This document shows, in pieces, positions 1 through 7,170 of a DNA stretch of 64,000 nt. Below the pieces are notes generated by a model. It was not told the DNA's origin and made no database searches. It worked only from the letters and a program-made list of their open reading frames with translations. The translations under genes were made by a program, and so were the position numbers. The number at the start of each line of letters is the position of its first letter. Within the stretch, counting starts at the first letter, position 1. The stretch spans positions 15,710 through 79,709 of the forward strand of contig CAYMTY010000007.1 of assembly GCA_964393515.1 (NCBI GenBank), given 5' to 3'. Source of the DNA: an uncultured Verrucomicrobiota bacterium. GTDB taxonomy: Bacteria > Verrucomicrobiota > Kiritimatiellia > CAIQIC01 > Lenti-01.

Positions 1-495
1 AGACTCGGAGCTGGCGATGATCCACATCACCCAGGCCGTGGCCGTGGTCAGGAGCGCGTCGGCGTCCTTTTGCTTGAAGCTCTGGAGGGCCCGGATGAAC
101 TCGTCGAGGGGGCCGGTTTGGGCCTTCGCGAACCGCCGGTTCCGGGAGAGCCCCCGCAGACCATAGGTCTTGGCCTTGAGATACATCGCCTTGGCTCGGG
201 CTTTCTGGTCCACAAAGCTGGTGGCGTAGGCCAGCTGGGCCTCGGCCGCGGCCAGGAGAATGGCGGGATTGTCGGGATGGGCTTCGGCCAGCGCATCGAG
301 GATGAGCAGAAACGCCGGCGAGCCTTCCCGCACCAGCTGCAGGTCGTTTTGGTGCAGCAGCCCCTCGGAAAGCTGGCTGGCCATCGGAGTCACCAGGCGG
401 GCGGCGCCCGCCCGCACCAGGGCGCAGCCGCTGCCCAGCCCGGCCAGGGACAGCCCCAGCGGAAGAAACCAGATGCCTCGGAGGAGCGTTTTCAT
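1..495 (-). CDS. TRAP transporter TatT-component family lipoprotein (runs off the window edge)
   Basis: Not in the ORF track. Manual translation from ATG 495 gives MKTLLRGIWFLPLGLSLAGLGSGC (lipobox-like) ... NDLQLVREGSPAFLLILDALAEAHPDN..., open to base 1. Helical pattern resembles the TatT family. Confidence 0.65.
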   Translation of the reverse strand, partial: MKTLLRGIWFLPLGLSLAGLGSGCALVRAGAARLVTPMASQLSEGLLHQNDLQLVREGSPAFLLILDALAEAHPDNPAILLAAAEAQLAYATSFVDQKARAKAMYLKAKTYGLRGLSRNRRFAKAQTGPLDEFIRALQSFKQKDADALLTTATAWVMWIIASSES

Positions 496-541
496 TGGAG
501 AACTGTTTCTACCCTCCCCCGCCCCGGCGGACAAGCAAAAC

Positions 542-1330
542 CTACGGTTCCAGCAGGTCCGGGAACGCCTGCCGGACCTGCTGCACGATCTCCGGGGACG
601 GGTTGCGCCGGCGCAGGAGTTGCAGCAGCGCCAACAGGTCGGTTCCGGTCACCTGATAGGTTTGCGTCCGGTTTTTGAGGCGCTTGGCGGCGGTGCGGAA
701 GGTCAGCGGGCGGGGCGCGGCCGGCGCCGGGCCGGCCTGCAGCGCGGCCAGGGCGGCCTCCACGGCAGCGCGTTCCTGCCCGGGGGGGGCGGCCGCGGCG
801 ACGCGGCAGATGGCCTTGGCCCGGGCCCAGCTGATCTCCCCGCTTTCCAGCCGTCGCCGGACCCGTGGGTCCATGCCGGGCGCGTAGTGCAGGATGTCCT
901 CGATCCAGGCGACGTTCTTGTCGAGGAACTGCGCGATGCGGCGCTTGTCCCAGTTGGCGTTGGCCATGAACAGGACCGCGTCGAAATAGTCGGTGATGCG
1001 CGCATCCAGCCGGTCCGCATTCAGCTTGAGGTTCAGCGCCTGGATTTCGTCGAGCTGTCCCTGGACCACGCGCACGTCCACCCGGTCGAAATAGCCCGGG
1101 TGCTCGGCGCGGATCCGGCGCAGGGCGCAATGGCGGTGGAAGCCTCCCACCAGGTAATATTCCCCGGGATTCCGCTCCCAGACCACGATGGGTTCGAGCA
1201 GCCCGTTGCGCAGGATGTCCTCGGCGAAGTGCGCCACCTTGGCCTCGTTCAGAGGGCGGTGGTTCGCCACCGAGGGATGCAGATGCACCTGCTCGAAGGG
1301 CACGTAGTCAAATCGCCGGGTGGTCAGCAT
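542..1330 (-). CDS. ParB/Srx N-terminal domain protein with HTH-like region
   Basis: GLLEPIVVW and YLVGGFHRHCAL resemble ParB boxes I/II. Later IAQFLDKNVAWI and LESGEISWARA are ParB-like helical motifs. Start placed at MLTTRRF (1330), downstream of TTTTCC-N17-TAGAGT. Confidence 0.75.
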   Translation of the reverse strand: MLTTRRFDYVPFEQVHLHPSVANHRPLNEAKVAHFAEDILRNGLLEPIVVWERNPGEYYLVGGFHRHCALRRIRAEHPGYFDRVDVRVVQGQLDEIQALNLKLNADRLDARITDYFDAVLFMANANWDKRRIAQFLDKNVAWIEDILHYAPGMDPRVRRRLESGEISWARAKAICRVAAAAPPGQERAAVEAALAALQAGPAPAAPRPLTFRTAAKRLKNRTQTYQVTGTDLLALLQLLRRRNPSPEIVQQVRQAFPDLLEP

Positions 1331-1454
1331 GGGGTTATCGCGGCGCACTCTAGCGGATCGCGCCGGCGCGGAAAACTTTTTTCTGCGTCGGGCGCCGCCT
1401 TTCATCTTTACTCTTGCGCGCACCTCGGCTACATCATGCGTTTCACAAGGAACC

Positions 1455-1781
1455 ATGGGCATGAAAGCGAACCAGGGCTTGAGCGCGGTCGAAGTCTCCA
1501 TCGTGCTGGCCATCCTGCTGCTGGTGGCGGCCATCGCAGCGCCGGCGCTCTTTCAAAACCGGCAGAAGCAGCAGGCGGCCCGCTGCGCCATGAACCTGGA
1601 CGCCATCGCGGCGGCCTGCAAGAAGCACGCGGCGGAGCGGGGCGGTTTCCCCGCCGCCCTGGCCGACCTGGCGCCGGACTATCTCGAGACCGTGCCGGTC
1701 TGCCCCGCCGGCGGCACCTACACCCTGGGCACCCCCGAGGGCGATCCCCCGACTTGCTCCGTCCCCGGGCATCATTTCTAA
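1455..1781 (+). CDS. Type IV pilin/pseudopilin-like protein
   Basis: Class III signal NQG|LSAVEVSIVLAILLLVAAIAAP (Glu at +5). C-terminal Cys pair CPAGGTY...PTCSVPGH. AAGGAA RBS upstream of ATG 1455. Confidence 0.8.
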   Translation: MGMKANQGLSAVEVSIVLAILLLVAAIAAPALFQNRQKQQAARCAMNLDAIAAACKKHAAERGGFPAALADLAPDYLETVPVCPAGGTYTLGTPEGDPPTCSVPGHHF

Positions 1782-1794
1782 CCGCGGAGAACCC

Positions 1795-2514
1795 ATGAAA
1801 AGTGCGAAATACCGCCGGATCCTGCTGAAACTCAGCGGCGAGGTCCTGCGCGACCCCCGCAGTGGCAACTGCCTGTCGGACGCCGTGCTGGCCGATATGG
1901 CCGCCCAGATCAAGGCGGTCCGCAGCCTGGACGTGCAGATCGGCGTCGTGATCGGCGGCGGGAACATCTTCCGGGGCCTGAAGGGCCAGGACCGGGGCTT
2001 CGGCCGCGCCCACGGCGACAACATGGGCATGCTGGCCACCTTGATCAACAGCCTGGCCCTGCAGTCGGCCCTCGAGGCCGCCGGCGTGCCGGCCAGGACC
2101 CTTGCGGCCACCGCCATGCCGGCCCTGGCCGAGCTGTTCACCTTTCGCCGTGCCCTCGAACTGCTCGCGGGCGGCACCGTCGTCGTGATCGGCGGCGGCA
2201 CCGGCAGCCCCTTCTTCACCACCGACAGCGCCGCCGCGCTGCGCGCCGCCGAGATCGGCGCCGAAATCCTCCTCAAGGCCACCAAGGTCGACGGCATCTA
2301 CGATGCCGATCCCGTGCAGAATCCCGCCGCGGTCAAGTTCGACCGCCTGACCTATTCCGAGGCGCTCGCCCGCCGCCTGCAGGTCATGGACGCCGCCGCC
2401 TTTTCCCTTTGCATGGACAACCGAATCCCTATACTGGTCTTTGATTTCTTCAAACCCGGGGAGCTGCTCCGCGTGGTGTGCGGCGAGAAAGCTGGCACCC
2501 TGGTCACCGCGTAA
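1795..2514 (+). CDS. pyrH: Uridylate kinase
   Basis: YRRILLKLSGE, GGGNIFRG, GTGSPFFTTDSAAALRA, KVDGIY motifs; precedes frr. Confidence 0.97.
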   Translation: MKSAKYRRILLKLSGEVLRDPRSGNCLSDAVLADMAAQIKAVRSLDVQIGVVIGGGNIFRGLKGQDRGFGRAHGDNMGMLATLINSLALQSALEAAGVPARTLAATAMPALAELFTFRRALELLAGGTVVVIGGGTGSPFFTTDSAAALRAAEIGAEILLKATKVDGIYDADPVQNPAAVKFDRLTYSEALARRLQVMDAAAFSLCMDNRIPILVFDFFKPGELLRVVCGEKAGTLVTA

Positions 2515-2537
2515 CCGCCCCCCAGAAAGGAACCGCC

Positions 2538-3104
2538 ATGTACGAATCCGCCGACGATGTCCTGCTGGAGAGCGACGACAAGATGGAAAAGGCCCTGGCC
2601 CACCTTCAGCAGGGACTGGCCGGCCTGCGCACCGGTAAGGCCTCCCCTTCCCTGGTGGAGCACCTCACCGTTGAATGCTACGGCACCCAGACCCGCCTCA
2701 ACCAGATGGCCCTCATCAGCACGCCCGAAGTGCGCCTGATCGTCATCAAGCCCTACGATCCCTCTACCCTCCCGGCCATCGAGAAGGCCATCCTCGCCGC
2801 CAACATCGGCGTTACCCCTCTCAACGACGGCCGGCTCATCCGCGTGCCGATCCCCGAACTGAGCGAAGAGCGCCGCAAGGAGCTCACCAAGGTCGCCCAC
2901 CGCCTGGGCGAAGAAGCCCGGGTTGCCCTGCGTGCCATCCGCCGCGACGGCAACGAGGCCATCAAGGCCCTGGAAAAAGCGGCCACCATCAGCGAGGACG
3001 ACCGCGACCGATCCTTGGCGGAGGTGCAGAAATACACCGACGCCTACTCCCAGAAGGTGGAGGACCTCATCGCCGCCAAAGAAAAAGACATCATGGCCGT
3101 CTGA
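2538..3104 (+). CDS. frr: Ribosome recycling factor
   Basis: LRTGKASPSL, NDGRLIRVPIPELSEERRKEL, AIRRDGN; AAAGGA RBS before ATG 2538. Confidence 0.97.
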   Translation: MYESADDVLLESDDKMEKALAHLQQGLAGLRTGKASPSLVEHLTVECYGTQTRLNQMALISTPEVRLIVIKPYDPSTLPAIEKAILAANIGVTPLNDGRLIRVPIPELSEERRKELTKVAHRLGEEARVALRAIRRDGNEAIKALEKAATISEDDRDRSLAEVQKYTDAYSQKVEDLIAAKEKDIMAV

Positions 3105-3110
3105 CCGGCC

Positions 3111-4268
3111 ATGCGAGTTCCCGCGCGCAAGTCCCCCCTGCGCCATCTGGTTTGGATTGTTCCGCTGCTGGTGCTGGATTTCTTCTTCTTCCGCTGGCTG
3201 GCGCTCCGCCCGGGCGGCTGCGAACTGCCCGCGCCCCGGCCGGCGCCGGCGGGCGGAACCGCCGAATCCCCGGCCCCGCCCCCGCCCGTCTGGCAGCAGC
3301 TGGTTCCGCCCACGCCGCAGACCAACCTTTTGAATCCGGATGCGCCTGGCGTCCTGCAGCCGACGGGCTCCGGGCGCTTGGAATCGGCCAAGTTCGGCTC
3401 GACCCGCACCAGCGCGCGAGGAACGGCCGCTTTCCACGAAGGCGTGGATATCGCCCCCACCGCCCGCGACCGCAAGGGCCATGCCACCGATACGGTCTAT
3501 GCCGTTGCCGAGGGCCGCGTAGCCTTCGTCAATGCCATCGCCGGCAATTCGTCCTACGGCAAGTATGTGGTGCTCGAGCATCCGGATCCGTCGCTGGGCG
3601 AGATCTCCAGGCGGGACGGGTCCACCGTCCCGGCCGTGGTCTACACCCTCTACGGCCATCTTGCCGACATCCGGTTCGGCCTCCGCCCCGGTCGCGCCGT
3701 CCGGCCGGGCGAGGAAATCGGCACGCTGGGCAACACCAGCAACACCTCCCCGCCCATCCCCCGGGACCGCAGCCACCTGCATTGGGAGATCGGCGTGCTG
3801 CTCAACCACCGCTACGAAATCCAGCACCGGGAAAAAAAGCTCAAGCCCGATTTCGGAAACTACAACGGCGGAAACCTGTTCGGCTTCGATCCCCTGGACT
3901 TCTATGCGGTGCACACCCGCGACCCCGGCCTGACCATGGGCGGTTACCTGGCCGCTCTTCCACCGGCCTGCGAAGTTGTCCTGCGCGGCCGCTATCCCGA
4001 CTATTTCCAGCGCCATCCCGCCCTCTGGCAGGGCGCGCCCCACGACGGCGGTCCCCTGCGCCTGGCCCTGTCCGAATCCGGCGCCCCCCTCTCCGGCCGC
4101 AACGCCACGCCCGCCGAAGTCGCGCATCTCGGCAACCGGCGCATGGCGGTCCTCCGGGTGGATGCCGCCGTGCTGGGCCGCAACGGCCGGGGCTACATCG
4201 CCCAGACCGGCGGCCAGTGGCAGTTCACCGAAAAAGGCCGCCAATGGGCGGAGATTCTGCTCTTTTGA
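3111..4268 (+). CDS. M23 family metallopeptidase with N-terminal membrane anchor
   Basis: HEGVD (HxxxD), YGKYVVLEH, LYGHL and SHLHWE (HxH) motifs; hydrophobic N-terminal segment. Confidence 0.85.
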   Translation: MRVPARKSPLRHLVWIVPLLVLDFFFFRWLALRPGGCELPAPRPAPAGGTAESPAPPPPVWQQLVPPTPQTNLLNPDAPGVLQPTGSGRLESAKFGSTRTSARGTAAFHEGVDIAPTARDRKGHATDTVYAVAEGRVAFVNAIAGNSSYGKYVVLEHPDPSLGEISRRDGSTVPAVVYTLYGHLADIRFGLRPGRAVRPGEEIGTLGNTSNTSPPIPRDRSHLHWEIGVLLNHRYEIQHREKKLKPDFGNYNGGNLFGFDPLDFYAVHTRDPGLTMGGYLAALPPACEVVLRGRYPDYFQRHPALWQGAPHDGGPLRLALSESGAPLSGRNATPAEVAHLGNRRMAVLRVDAAVLGRNGRGYIAQTGGQWQFTEKGRQWAEILLF

Positions 4269-4308
4269 TCCGCCGCGGCCGGCCGGTAACGCAACTCCCT
4301 TTTGGAGT

Positions 4309-4337
4309 TTGACATCCCCCCCGCGATGCACCACAAT
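4309..4337 (+). promoter_or_regulatory. Sigma-70-type promoter
   Basis: TTGACA (4309-4314), 17-nt spacer, CACAAT (4332-4337), upstream of ATG 4364 with GGAGG RBS. Confidence 0.6.
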
Positions 4338-4363
4338 GCCGCCACACTGTTTTGGAGGACGCT

Positions 4364-5230
4364 ATGGGCAAATTGTTGAAGCCGTTAGTGGTAATTGTTT
4401 TGTTGATCAGCATTGCCGCCCTTATCCTTCAGGCGGCCGTGCTCTTCCCCAAGCGCACGCTGATCAAGGAGCGGACCCAGAAGCTGGAGGGCGGGGTTGA
4501 ACGCCTGGTCGGTATCCTGAAAGGCTCCCTCGCCGAGGAAATCCGCGGCCAGGTCCCGTTCTCCGCCTCCAACCTCAAGATCGGCGCCACCGAAGACCTG
4601 CCCCGCCTCGACGGCGAACTGAACAACGCCGGCCGCGTCGCCAATGCCGTCCTCCAGGGCTGGAACGATACCAAGACCGACCTGGAAAACACCCGGCAGG
4701 ACCTCGAGAACACCCGCGCCGAACTGGAAAACACCAAGGCCCAGCTCGAAGACGCCAAGACCCAGATCGTGCAGCTCAATGAAACCATCCGCGCCAAGGA
4801 CCAGGAGCTGGATGAAAAGAGCACGCTCATCGCCAGCCTCGAAGAGGAAAAATCCTCCCTCACCGCCCAGGTGGCCGACCTGAACACCCAGCTCACCAGC
4901 CTGCAGGACGAAATCGCCCAGCTCGAGGAGGAGAAGGGCATGCTCGAGGTCCAGCTCGAGAAGTGTGACAAGGAGCTGCACAAGGAAATCACGATGAAGC
5001 CGGGCACCGCCGGCAAGATCGTCTACGCCAATGCCGAGTGGAACTTCGTCGTGATCGACATCGGCTCCCTCGACGGCGCGCAGCCCACGGCTGAAATGAT
5101 CGTTCACCGCGAGGACCAGATGATCGGCAAGATCAAGCTCAGCGCGGTCCGTGACAACGTGTCCATCGCCGAGGTCATTCCATCCTTCCAGAAAGGTTCC
5201 ATCAAGGAGGGCGACGATGTTCTCTTCTAA
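4364..5230 (+). CDS. Membrane-anchored long coiled-coil protein with C-terminal beta domain (unknown function)
   Basis: N-terminal TM segment, heptad-rich E/K/L/T middle (TKTDLENTRQDLENTRAELENTK), C-terminal WNFVVIDIG...IGKIKL beta domain. Confidence 0.75.
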   Translation: MGKLLKPLVVIVLLISIAALILQAAVLFPKRTLIKERTQKLEGGVERLVGILKGSLAEEIRGQVPFSASNLKIGATEDLPRLDGELNNAGRVANAVLQGWNDTKTDLENTRQDLENTRAELENTKAQLEDAKTQIVQLNETIRAKDQELDEKSTLIASLEEEKSSLTAQVADLNTQLTSLQDEIAQLEEEKGMLEVQLEKCDKELHKEITMKPGTAGKIVYANAEWNFVVIDIGSLDGAQPTAEMIVHREDQMIGKIKLSAVRDNVSIAEVIPSFQKGSIKEGDDVLF

Positions 5231-5243
5231 CGGCCTCTCCGCG

Positions 5244-5339
5244 ATGACGCTGGTGGCGCTGCTGCTCCTGATCGGAGTGGTCGCCCTCCAGTTCTTCGAG
5301 ATCAGCTACTACTCCGCGCTCCCATCCATCTGGCCGTGA
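5244..5339 (+). CDS. 31-aa single-TM small protein
   Basis: MTLVALLLLIGVVALQFFEISYYSALPSIWP; GC3-rich codons; TGA overlaps the next GTG start. Confidence 0.5.
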   Translation: MTLVALLLLIGVVALQFFEISYYSALPSIWP

Positions 5340-5497
5340 CCCGGCTCCGCCTCCTGCTCCTGCTGTTGGCCGCCGCGGGCCTGCTGCTGGTCGCTGGCTG
5401 TGCCGCCCCCGACGCCGAGTCCGACCTGCCCTGGAACATGACCCAGCCCTGGGAAAGCGCGCCCAGCATCCCCTTCGGCACCCCCGGCGCCTACTGA
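5336..5497 (+). CDS. 53-aa small lipoprotein (missed by ORF track)
   Basis: GTG start overlapping the previous TGA; MTRLRLLLLLLAAAGLLLVAGC lipobox, then SDLPWNMTQPWESAPSIPFG; stop TGA 5495-5497. Confidence 0.7.
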   Translation: MTRLRLLLLLLAAAGLLLVAGCAAPDAESDLPWNMTQPWESAPSIPFGTPGAY

Positions 5498-5526
5498 TTC
5501 ACGGCCATCTCCTCCCCGGCCGGAAA

Positions 5527-5606
5527 ATTTTTCCACACTGTGGTCCGGCAGGCGCCGGATCCATTGTGTGGAAAAATCTGGAAACATTTTTCCATTGCAT
5601 GGAAAA
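5527..5606. repeat. TTTTCCAC..TGGAAAA palindromic repeat cluster, copy 1
   Basis: ATTTTTCCACAC...GTGTGGAAAAAT inverted repeat plus TTTTTCCATTGCATGGAAAA, between convergent genes. Confidence 0.8.
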
Positions 5607-5633
5607 CTTCCGTCCCCGCCCCGCCTGCGGCGA

Positions 5634-6044
5634 TTACAGCTTGAACGGACCGGGCGCGGCTGGCGCCTCGTCCTCTTTCGGGGGCGGCTTGGGGCGGAAA
5701 TGCGGGCAGGTATCCGTCGCCTGCACCTCGACCCGGTGCCGCCCGCAGCGCTGGATGAAGGGGTTGACCACGTATTCCGCGCAGTAGCGGCACATCCTCC
5801 CCTGCTCGTCCTCGCGGAATACCTTCACGGGCCGCGGCCGGTCGTCTTCGGAAAAAACCTTGGGCCGGCCGCCATCCTTGAATGAGATTTCCGCCTCGGA
5901 GGCGAACGCATGCCCGCACAGGGCGCAGGTCAAGGTTTCGCCGGTCCGGGTAAAGCCGTCGTAGACCGGCTGGCGCCGCAGCCAGGCCTCGTGCCCGCAG
6001 GCGGGACACTGGATCTCGACCCGGGCTGGCTCGCGGTTCTTCAC
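5634..6044 (-). CDS. Cys-rich putative zinc-binding protein
   Basis: GTG start at 6044 just after the upstream stop; CPACGH, CALCGH, CRYC...C...CPHF. Confidence 0.7.
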   Translation of the reverse strand: MKNREPARVEIQCPACGHEAWLRRQPVYDGFTRTGETLTCALCGHAFASEAEISFKDGGRPKVFSEDDRPRPVKVFREDEQGRMCRYCAEYVVNPFIQRCGRHRVEVQATDTCPHFRPKPPPKEDEAPAAPGPFKL

Positions 6045-6046
6045 GG

Positions 6047-7102
6047 CTAGAAGAAGACCTTCGCCAGGCGGAGGATGCCCTGCTTCCACGGCACGCGGTG
6101 CGAGACGCCGCTGGCGTTCCGGAACTGGTCCAGGTGCGCCACGTACCAGCGGTAGTTGCGCACCAGCGCATCCTTGTTGGAAAACCGCGGCGTGAACCCC
6201 AGGATCCGCTCGGCCTTCTCGATCCCCACGAACGAATCCTTGCTGGCGGTCTCGTAGACCCACTTGTAGAGCGGCGAAAGTTTCAGCAGCTCGAGGAAGC
6301 GCAGCGCCCAGATCATTGGTGCCGCCGGAAAGCCGCGCACCTTCTTGCCGTGGCCGGCGTCGTCGAGCACGGCCTGATAGTCCTCGCGCATGGTCGTGAA
6401 CTCCTTCGCGCCGATGTTGAAGGTGTCGTTCACCTTGGCCGCGTCCAGGGTCAAGGCCAGCCAGATCGCCGCGCACAGATCCTCCACGTCCAGCAGCTGG
6501 TAGCGATTTTGGCCATTGCCGATCATCGGGAAGCCGTGGCCGGTGTAGGCCCAGTCGTAAAACAGCGCGAACACTCCCAGCCGTTCCGGGCCGACGAACG
6601 ATTTGGGCCGGATGATCGGCACGCACAGGCCTTGCGCCCGCGCCTGCAGGCATTCCTGCTCGGCTTCGATCTTGGCCTGGCCGTAGGGCCCCACCCCGAT
6701 CATCTCGTCGTTCTCCAGCAGCGGATGGTGGTCGGGAATGCCATACACCGCCGTGCTGGAGATCATCACGAACCGTGCGACCCCCGCCTGCCGCGCGGCG
6801 GCCAGCAGGATTCGAGTGCCGACCACGTCCGTGGTGTGGATGTCCTCCGGCGGGTAGAGCGGCAGGGCCGCCGCGGTGTGAATGACCCACTGCACGCCGG
6901 CCATGCATTTAGCCACCATGGCCTCGTCGCGGATGTCGCCCACGACCGCATCCACGCGGCCTTTCTCGGGGTAGTCGAACGCCACGAGGTCCAGCGTGCG
7001 GATGTCCGTCACGCCCTGGGCGAACAGGTGCCGGATCAGGTTGATCCCCAGGAATCCGCTGCCTCCCGTCACCAGCACCTTGCCTTGAAACGCTGCGCCC
7101 AT
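6047..7102 (-). CDS. NAD-dependent epimerase/dehydratase (extended SDR)
   Basis: VLVTGGSGFLG, HTAA, SSTAVYG, YGQAK (YxxxK); GAGGAG RBS 6 nt before ATG 7102. Confidence 0.9.
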   Translation of the reverse strand: MGAAFQGKVLVTGGSGFLGINLIRHLFAQGVTDIRTLDLVAFDYPEKGRVDAVVGDIRDEAMVAKCMAGVQWVIHTAAALPLYPPEDIHTTDVVGTRILLAAARQAGVARFVMISSTAVYGIPDHHPLLENDEMIGVGPYGQAKIEAEQECLQARAQGLCVPIIRPKSFVGPERLGVFALFYDWAYTGHGFPMIGNGQNRYQLLDVEDLCAAIWLALTLDAAKVNDTFNIGAKEFTTMREDYQAVLDDAGHGKKVRGFPAAPMIWALRFLELLKLSPLYKWVYETASKDSFVGIEKAERILGFTPRFSNKDALVRNYRWYVAHLDQFRNASGVSHRVPWKQGILRLAKVFF

Positions 7103-7170
7103 AATCATCTCCTCATGCAATATGTCCATCTCTTGTAACGCGCCGGCGGGATTCAGTCAATCCGCGCGGT

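Noticed and set aside
1331-1534. Extended N-termini from the ORF track (e.g. ParB from 1534, amidase from 23231, pdxJ from 26904, M42 from 21949)
   Set aside because: The extensions overlap neighbouring genes or promoters, and family-typical N-termini begin at the downstream starts used here.
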